64,000 nt of DNA from an uncultured Planctomycetaceae bacterium (GTDB lineage Bacteria > Planctomycetota > Phycisphaerae > SM23-33): contig CAYNZP010000009.1 in the NCBI GenBank assembly GCA_964401835.1, positions 18,020 to 82,019 of the forward strand, written 5' to 3'. The translations under genes and the position numbers were made by a program. Shown here piece after piece: positions 57,627 to 64,000 of this stretch. Under the pieces are notes generated by a model. That model searched no databases. It saw only the letters and a program-made list of their open reading frames with translations, and was not told the origin of the DNA. Each line of letters begins with the position of its first letter. Position 1 is the stretch's first letter.

Positions 57627-60464
57627 ATGACATCATTAATTAAATATTCCGTCCTACTCGCTTTTCTGGCAGCAGCCATGGCCGGCTGTGAGGCGAAAAA
57701 AATTGACGCCTGGTTCGTCGGAGAAATGACCCAACTGAGCAGTTCTGCACCGCGAAACGACGACTGGGGGGTTTACGATTCTCTAAACAATAACATCAAA
57801 CTATTTGCGGCTGGCAACGAGACTCTCAGTTTCCAGCTTGTCATAGACGCAGACGAACTGCCCCTGCAAGACTTGACAATTCGCTGCAGCGACTTGAAGA
57901 CTGCCTTCGGCGACAAAATAGCCGCGGACAATTTCAGCGTCTATAAAATGCTTCCCGTTGAGATTGAAAAATTCCCCTCGTGGTATTTGAGACTTACAGA
58001 CAAACCCCTGCAAAAAGCTCAAGTCTACGACGTTCTCGTGCCCATCGCCCTTGGTGTAGATAACAGCTTTACTGTCTCAGCTAACCAGCGGCTGGCACTG
58101 TGGTTTGATGTTTACGTTCCACGCAGCGCCAAGGCTGGCGATTACTCCGGCAAAATTGACATCGCGGCATTGGGACGTCAGAATTTTTCCGCCAAAATCT
58201 CTGCTGAAGTTTACGATTTCGTACTGCCGGATTCCCGTCCTATTGTCGCCCTTGGCGGCTTTGGACACCGAGAGCTTTTCAGGGAACTCATCCAGCGAGA
58301 TTCAAAACCCTTCGTTCCCGTCCGACTCGACCGCACAAATCCCAAGGTTCGCGAAGGATTAATACTTTTGCGACAGATGATGAAGCTTGCCCATCGGCAC
58401 AGGCTCGATCTGTTCGATAAGGACATCCATCCGATACTTAAGCGTGACCGACAGGGTAAGCCTGTTCTGGGTTGGGAAGATTACGACCAGATCATTACCC
58501 CCTATCTTGACGGCACGGCCTTTGAAGACCGAATCGGTGCGCCGGCCTGGCCGCTGCCAATAAGCGAGGATTGGCCAAAACCCCGGACATATGGCGGGAT
58601 AAACTCAAAACGTTACACTCAAACCCTGGAACAAATAACCGACGATTGCGTTAAACATTTTTCACAGCTTAAAGATGTATCCCCCACCAGGCAGTTGTTC
58701 GCCTGGCCTTATCGTGGGAAGATAGATAACAGCGGTTACGCCCGGCACAGCCGTCTTGCAGGAATAATCCGCAAAACCGCGCCGGAAATCCAAATCCTCA
58801 CCACCCTGCCGGCAGAAGCTGCGAAGATATGGAACCTGAATCCGCCGAAAAACTTTAAAAATTCCGCGGACATTCATGTACTTCAGGGGCAATGGCTCAA
58901 CACCGCTGCAGTCAAAATCGGCTCGTCGCAGGAATGGCCTTTCGAGGGCACCTGGATATCACCGGGCAAGATGCCATATCTGCCGTCAATTACCACGCTG
59001 TCAAGGCCCCCGGACATCCGGGCAATTGTCTGGTTTGCCATGAAGTATCGATGCAATGGCATCTTCCTGGCAGAAGTCCTCGGCTGGGACGGTGGAAATC
59101 AAACAGACGCCAACTCTGCGGCATCATTATTTTATTCCGGAAAAATTGCAGGGATGCAAATGGTCTTGCCGTCGGTAAGGCTAAAGCGGCTTCGGCGAGG
59201 GCTTCAGGACGCAAACTACCTTTGGCTGCTTCAGCTTCGTCAGCGAGAAGCAATAGCGGATTCACTGTTAAACGCACTGATCAGATATGGCGGGCTCGAT
59301 GCAGCGGGAGACAACTACCACGACGCTCGATTCGACGGCTGGGTGAAGGACCCCTATGCATGGGAAATGGCTAGAAGGATTTTAGCCGAGGAAGTGCTCG
59401 CAGCCGTGCACCCGTCGGAAAATTCTAAAAGCCGCCTGGTAGCCCAAAGAGTGATTTGGAAACAGTTCAATGAGCGAACCCGCAGTATTCGCATCGAGCA
59501 GATTCGCACGAATGTATCCAGGTTCAAGCAAAGAGACCCCAAGGCGGAGGAAATGTTGGCTGTTATCTCGCTGGACTTGTTCAACGAATACAGCCACAGC
59601 ACAAAACTTACAGCCAGGATAACCTCTATGCCTGATGGCTGGAAACCTCTCGTTGATCAGTCCTTTATTGAAGATTTTCCAGCCGGCAGGAAACGCATTT
59701 TAAAATTGTTCATTCGCGGCAAAAACTTCGAGTCCAACTCCAACGCCAAAATGCCAGTCAGCATCGAAGTAACAACAAAGCATAACTTACGAAAAGAATT
59801 TAAAGTAGAAGTCCCGCTGCTTCAGACATCTATCGTAAAAAACAGGCCGAAAATAGACGGGATTTTAGACGATTGGCCCATGCGGCCCGGCAATACCGCA
59901 GCCGACTTTAAGCTCCTGGGCGTACGGGGAACAAAAGACAACGGCCTGGCTGAGCGGCAGACCAAGGTATTTGTCACCAACGATGATAAGAATTTGTATT
60001 TTGCCTTCCGCTGCGACGAGCCAAACCTCTCCGGCATTGTGGCAAGGCCTACAAATATTATTCAGTACGATCAATTACTCGCATGTGGCGAAGACCTGGT
60101 CGAAATAGTTTTTAATCCCGGCCTGAAAGCCAAAGACGCTTCGGGCCTATACCATATGGTCATAAAGCCAAACGGCGTAGTCCTCACAGAACGAGGCATA
60201 GCAAGCAACCCCCCGCTGGGCCAGGTCCGGGTCTGGCCTGGCTCGGCATCGATTGCTATCGGAAGGCAGGGACCGTGCTGGATAATCGAGCTTTGCGTGC
60301 CGTTGTCGGCGTTTGGAGAAGCTAGCAGGGAAAGATTTTGGGGTATTAATTTCGCCAGGTTCTCGCAGCAGGGGCTGGAACCATCTAACTGGGCGGGCGC
60401 ACAGAGATTCTATTACAGCCCCGACAACCTCGGTACAATGCTATTGAACCTGCCTGAGAAATAA
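57627..60464 (+). CDS. Large lipoprotein, putative glycan-active enzyme with C-terminal CBM9/DOMON-like domain
   Basis: Lipobox (LAAAMAGC). C-terminal IDGILDDW...NLYFAFRCDE pattern typical of CBM9-like modules. Confidence 0.35.
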   Translation: MTSLIKYSVLLAFLAAAMAGCEAKKIDAWFVGEMTQLSSSAPRNDDWGVYDSLNNNIKLFAAGNETLSFQLVIDADELPLQDLTIRCSDLKTAFGDKIAADNFSVYKMLPVEIEKFPSWYLRLTDKPLQKAQVYDVLVPIALGVDNSFTVSANQRLALWFDVYVPRSAKAGDYSGKIDIAALGRQNFSAKISAEVYDFVLPDSRPIVALGGFGHRELFRELIQRDSKPFVPVRLDRTNPKVREGLILLRQMMKLAHRHRLDLFDKDIHPILKRDRQGKPVLGWEDYDQIITPYLDGTAFEDRIGAPAWPLPISEDWPKPRTYGGINSKRYTQTLEQITDDCVKHFSQLKDVSPTRQLFAWPYRGKIDNSGYARHSRLAGIIRKTAPEIQILTTLPAEAAKIWNLNPPKNFKNSADIHVLQGQWLNTAAVKIGSSQEWPFEGTWISPGKMPYLPSITTLSRPPDIRAIVWFAMKYRCNGIFLAEVLGWDGGNQTDANSAASLFYSGKIAGMQMVLPSVRLKRLRRGLQDANYLWLLQLRQREAIADSLLNALIRYGGLDAAGDNYHDARFDGWVKDPYAWEMARRILAEEVLAAVHPSENSKSRLVAQRVIWKQFNERTRSIRIEQIRTNVSRFKQRDPKAEEMLAVISLDLFNEYSHSTKLTARITSMPDGWKPLVDQSFIEDFPAGRKRILKLFIRGKNFESNSNAKMPVSIEVTTKHNLRKEFKVEVPLLQTSIVKNRPKIDGILDDWPMRPGNTAADFKLLGVRGTKDNGLAERQTKVFVTNDDKNLYFAFRCDEPNLSGIVARPTNIIQYDQLLACGEDLVEIVFNPGLKAKDASGLYHMVIKPNGVVLTERGIASNPPLGQVRVWPGSASIAIGRQGPCWIIELCVPLSAFGEASRERFWGINFARFSQQGLEPSNWAGAQRFYYSPDNLGTMLLNLPEK

Positions 60465-60475
60465 CCTGAAAAAAC

Positions 60476-61948
60476 ATGCGATTTGGCAAAGGTAAAATTC
60501 GAACGCAAAGACTGAATCTGAATTGCACGCCGGGCGCGATGCTTAAACTTCTCGCGCAGCAAAAGGACCCCGTCATGCTGGAGTCTTCGGCTTTGCATGA
60601 CGAGTTCGGCAGATATACCATCCTCACCTGCAGCCCGCTGGAAGTTATTACCCTCAACGATGGCGTTTTAAAAAATATCTCCGGCGAAATAATTGCAGAC
60701 AGCGATGAATCTATCTGGAGCGAACTGTCGGACGCTTTCGCCTGCGTTGACGCTGAAATCGGCACGCAAAAACCCGCTTATATGCCCGGTTGGTTTGGTT
60801 ATTTCGGATATGAGCTGGGAAGGCATATCGAAAAGCTTCCCAGCAAGGCGCCGCGCGATACTGCCCTGCCGGATGTTCGGCTTGGTTTTTACGATGCACT
60901 GCTGGTTTACGACGCCAAGGAGCACACATGGCAATTAGTCTGGCTGGAGTTGGAAAATCCGCCCAAGGATGCTGGGCAAGCTATCGAGAGTTTACAAAAA
61001 ATTGTCGCAGCTGAGCAGGAGCACGAAGGCGATCCTCGTCCAGTTCCTACAGAACACGCCGATGCCGCCATTCAACCAAGCGTCAATGATACCCAAAGGC
61101 ATTTCACCCCGGCCCAATATAAACAGGCTGTGGCAAGATGCGTTGAATACATCGCCGCTGGGGATATTTTTCAGGTAAATCTTTCGCAGAGATTCTCGAT
61201 GCACGGAGCTCCTGAGCCGCTGGCAATCCATCAGGCACTTCGCAAGCGGAACCCAGCCTGGTACGCCGCCTATATGAGTTTCGTCTCTCATGGGAAAAAC
61301 TGTGCGGTTGTCTCCAGTTCTCCGGAACTTTTCCTGCGTGTTCGGGGAGAAAAAGTAATTACCCGACCTATCAAGGGAACCCGGCCCAGAATCGCAGACG
61401 CCGAGGTTGACGCCGCGGCCGCTGCCGATTTGCTTTCAAGCCCGAAAGACAACGCGGAACTCGCGATGATAATCGACCTGCTCAGAAACGATATCGGGAG
61501 AGTCTGCAGGTTCGGCACGGTCAAGGTCACCGAACCGCGGCGGCTTGAGACTCACCCGACAGTTTTTCATCTCGTTGGAACGGTCGAAGGTCAGCTTCGC
61601 CAAGGTGTAGGCCCGGCCGAGTTGCTTCGGGCGACATTCCCGGGCGGTTCTATAACAGGAGCGCCCAAGATTCGTTCGATGGAAATTATTGACGAGCTTG
61701 AGCCGGTCGCACGCGGCGTATACACGGGCTGCATCGGAACAATCGGCGTTGACGGGTCGTGCGAATGGAACATAGCCATCCGTACTATCGTCTGCGAGGG
61801 CAAAACCGCCCACTTGCAGGTCGGCGGCGGCATCGTAGCAGATTCGAGTCCTGATGGCGAATACGAGGAGACACTTCATAAGGCCAGGGCAATGTTAGAA
61901 GCAATCGAGTTGGCCCGGACCGCGGAGCAGACGTTTACCAAGAAATGA
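60476..61948 (+). CDS. pabB: Chorismate-utilising enzyme, aminodeoxychorismate synthase component I type (PabB/TrpE family)
   Basis: GDIFQVNLSQRF and PIKGT motifs. Confidence 0.6.
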   Translation: MRFGKGKIRTQRLNLNCTPGAMLKLLAQQKDPVMLESSALHDEFGRYTILTCSPLEVITLNDGVLKNISGEIIADSDESIWSELSDAFACVDAEIGTQKPAYMPGWFGYFGYELGRHIEKLPSKAPRDTALPDVRLGFYDALLVYDAKEHTWQLVWLELENPPKDAGQAIESLQKIVAAEQEHEGDPRPVPTEHADAAIQPSVNDTQRHFTPAQYKQAVARCVEYIAAGDIFQVNLSQRFSMHGAPEPLAIHQALRKRNPAWYAAYMSFVSHGKNCAVVSSSPELFLRVRGEKVITRPIKGTRPRIADAEVDAAAAADLLSSPKDNAELAMIIDLLRNDIGRVCRFGTVKVTEPRRLETHPTVFHLVGTVEGQLRQGVGPAELLRATFPGGSITGAPKIRSMEIIDELEPVARGVYTGCIGTIGVDGSCEWNIAIRTIVCEGKTAHLQVGGGIVADSSPDGEYEETLHKARAMLEAIELARTAEQTFTKK

Positions 61949-62574
61949 AGACCTATCCAATAATGCTGGACATCCATGGCCGAGTAGCGGTGGTTGTTGG
62001 GGGCGGAAACGTCGGCCTGCGAAAAGTGCAATCCCTGCTCCGGGCTGGGGCGAAGGTCAGACTCATTACCGAACAGGCACCTTCCCAGGTCGATTTGTCG
62101 CAGTGTGAAGTCATCCAGCACAGCTATGAAAAAAAATATCTCCAAGGCGCCTTCCTTGTCTTTGTATGTACCGATAATGCTAAGCTGAACAGGAAAATCG
62201 CAGCTGACGCCCGCACTCTTGGCGTGTTGGTAAACGTCGCGGACCAGCCGGAAGATTGCGACTTTTACGTGCCAGCCATGTACCAAAATGAAGATATGAC
62301 AATTGCCATTGGCACCGGCGGCAAATGCCCTGCCCTCGCCGCAAGCCTGAGAAAGCAGTTAGAACAGGCCCTGCCGAAGGAGCTTGGCAAGTTCAATGAT
62401 GTACTGGGCGAAATACGGCAGGAGATTAAAGATACGGTTAAAGACAGCAGCAAACGAAACGAGATAATGAAAAAACTCGCGGACGAGGAATCTCTCACTG
62501 CCTTTAAAAAAGGCGGTCGAACGGCAATCGAGAAAATTTTGAGAAAAATCCTGAATAGCGACACCGACAGCTGA
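61945..62574 (+). CDS. Precorrin-2 dehydrogenase / sirohydrochlorin ferrochelatase (SirC / CysG N-domain-like)
   Basis: VVVGGGNVGLRK Rossmann motif. ATGA overlap with the upstream gene. Confidence 0.7.
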   Translation: MKTYPIMLDIHGRVAVVVGGGNVGLRKVQSLLRAGAKVRLITEQAPSQVDLSQCEVIQHSYEKKYLQGAFLVFVCTDNAKLNRKIAADARTLGVLVNVADQPEDCDFYVPAMYQNEDMTIAIGTGGKCPALAASLRKQLEQALPKELGKFNDVLGEIRQEIKDTVKDSSKRNEIMKKLADEESLTAFKKGGRTAIEKILRKILNSDTDS

Positions 62575-62585
62575 GCTATTATGAA

Positions 62586-63869
62586 TTGAACATGAGACTA
62601 CTTTGCATCGGAATAAATCATAAGACTGCCGACCTGGCCCTGCGCGAAAAGCTCGCGTTCGATCAGGCTCAGACAAAGCGAGCCTTGAAAAGTTTAGCCC
62701 AAAGTTGGCCCAAGGCTGAGTTCGTCATTGTCTCCACCTGCAACCGCACGGAAATTTACACTTCAAGGTTCGTCCACGGCCATCCCCGTGAAAGCGAACT
62801 TCGGGACTGGCTGGGTGAAACAAAAAAATTATCCACTACCGAATTCGAAAACTCGCTTTACACGCTATCAGACGCCCAGGCAGCGGAGCATCTCTTTGAA
62901 GTTGCCGCCGGAATGGACAGCCTGGTTCCCGGCGAGGCGGAAATCGCCGCCCAGGTCAAGGCGGCCTACGCACTTGCCGCTCAGGCCTGGACAGCAAAGA
63001 GTGTATTAAACGAGCTTTTCCAGACCGCCTTCCACGTTGCAAAGCATATCCGCACGGAAACAAAAATCGGCCAAGGCAAGGTATCGGTCGCCTCGGTTGC
63101 GATAGACCATGTTCTCGATTGCTTTAAAAGTATCGAGGGCAAATGTGTGCTCAACGTCGGTGCCGGCAAGATGAACAAACTGATGCTCAAACACTTGATA
63201 GAGCTGGGTGCGGGAAAAATCATAGTTGCAAACCGCTCCATCCAGAAAGCTCGAACCCTGGCAGCCGAATGTTACGGAACGGCCGCTACCATCAAAAGCG
63301 TCCCAAAACATCTCAAACAAGCTGACATTGTCCTGGCATCGACCGCAGCGGCAAGGCCGATAATTTCTCACGGAATGGTCAAAACTGCACAGGAATCGCG
63401 AAAATTCAGGCCGATGCTCATAGTAGATATCGCCGTTCCGCGTGATGTCGATGAACGGGTTGGCAACATAAAAAACATTTCGCTTTATAACATCGATGAT
63501 CTGGAAAAAGTCGTAGCCAAAACGGTCAAGACCAGAAAAGACCAGAAGGCCGCCGCCGGAAAAATAATTACTGAACACGTCGATGAATTAATGAGTTCGC
63601 TCAACATACGCGACGTCGGGCCGGTGATAGAGGCCCTGTATAACTCAATGCGTAAAATCGCAGATGACGAATTGGCCTCTGCCCTCAAAAAACTTTCATC
63701 TCATCCCGATTGCCAAGAGGACGCCGAGATAATTAAACGGACTCTGCATCGCATGGTCAGGAAAATAGTGCACCCCGCAACGCGTAACCTGCGAAAACAG
63801 ACTGGAGAAGCATCCCGCGCAGATATCGCAGCTATTCGCAGACTCTTCGACCTGGATGAGTTACTCTAG
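62586..63869 (+). CDS. hemA: Glutamyl-tRNA reductase
   Basis: NHKTA and STCNRTEIY motifs. Confidence 0.9.
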   Translation: MNMRLLCIGINHKTADLALREKLAFDQAQTKRALKSLAQSWPKAEFVIVSTCNRTEIYTSRFVHGHPRESELRDWLGETKKLSTTEFENSLYTLSDAQAAEHLFEVAAGMDSLVPGEAEIAAQVKAAYALAAQAWTAKSVLNELFQTAFHVAKHIRTETKIGQGKVSVASVAIDHVLDCFKSIEGKCVLNVGAGKMNKLMLKHLIELGAGKIIVANRSIQKARTLAAECYGTAATIKSVPKHLKQADIVLASTAAARPIISHGMVKTAQESRKFRPMLIVDIAVPRDVDERVGNIKNISLYNIDDLEKVVAKTVKTRKDQKAAAGKIITEHVDELMSSLNIRDVGPVIEALYNSMRKIADDELASALKKLSSHPDCQEDAEIIKRTLHRMVRKIVHPATRNLRKQTGEASRADIAAIRRLFDLDELL

Positions 63870-64000
63870 ACGATATTGAACGGGTCCCTGTCGGTTTTTG
63901 ACAGCACAACACGGACCTTGTCGAGTCGCTTGGTAAGGTTTTTGGCGACATTACCAAGCGCGATGCGTTCGGTATTTGAATGGCAGGCACACAGCACGGT

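Noticed and set aside
63006-63578. 190-aa ORF on the - strand
   Set aside because: Antisense to hemA.

Overview
This 64-kb window is a high-GC chromosomal segment whose gene content looks Planctomycetota-like (possibly Phycisphaerae); the taxon assignment is an inference from gene content alone. Most of the window is housekeeping: secA (unusually long, 1230 aa), a dtxR-feoB iron operon, a reduced mraZ-rsmH-ftsL-ftsI-murE-murF-mraY-ftsW-murG cluster with murD missing, gyrA, tmk, holB, gluQ, hemA and a precorrin-2 dehydrogenase, an MsbA-like ABC exporter, several glycosyltransferases, and an FHA-GAF histidine kinase. The main anomaly is a ~14.9-kb low-GC island at ~10.02-24.90 kb. It is inserted precisely into the comM/yifB (Mg-chelatase-like AAA+ competence helicase) gene: an N-terminal fragment lies at 9035-10033, the C-terminal fragment resumes in frame at ~24899-25462, and both ends carry an 8-bp ATAATAAT repeat. 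The island encodes a large serine recombinase at its right edge, a PrimPol/D5-type primase-helicase, an HK97-family major capsid protein, an XkdF-like phage protein (frameshifted), a second recombinase that is a catalytic-domain-only tyrosine type, a PEP-CTERM C-type-lectin protein, a secreted SNase-type nuclease and a zinc-ribbon membrane protein. I did not find a terminase, portal or tail gene, so it resembles a phage satellite (capsid-forming PICI-like) or a decayed prophage. Other notable signals are a ~177-bp conserved intergenic repeat present twice in inverted orientation (8244-8420 and 29993-30168), a perfectly 10-bp-phased tandem array of ~14 GGCAG-containing units (42144-42286), a double-NDK-fold protein, a DtxR/IdeR-like iron box upstream of dtxR-feoB, and a PDZ-like periplasmic insertion in the ABC exporter.
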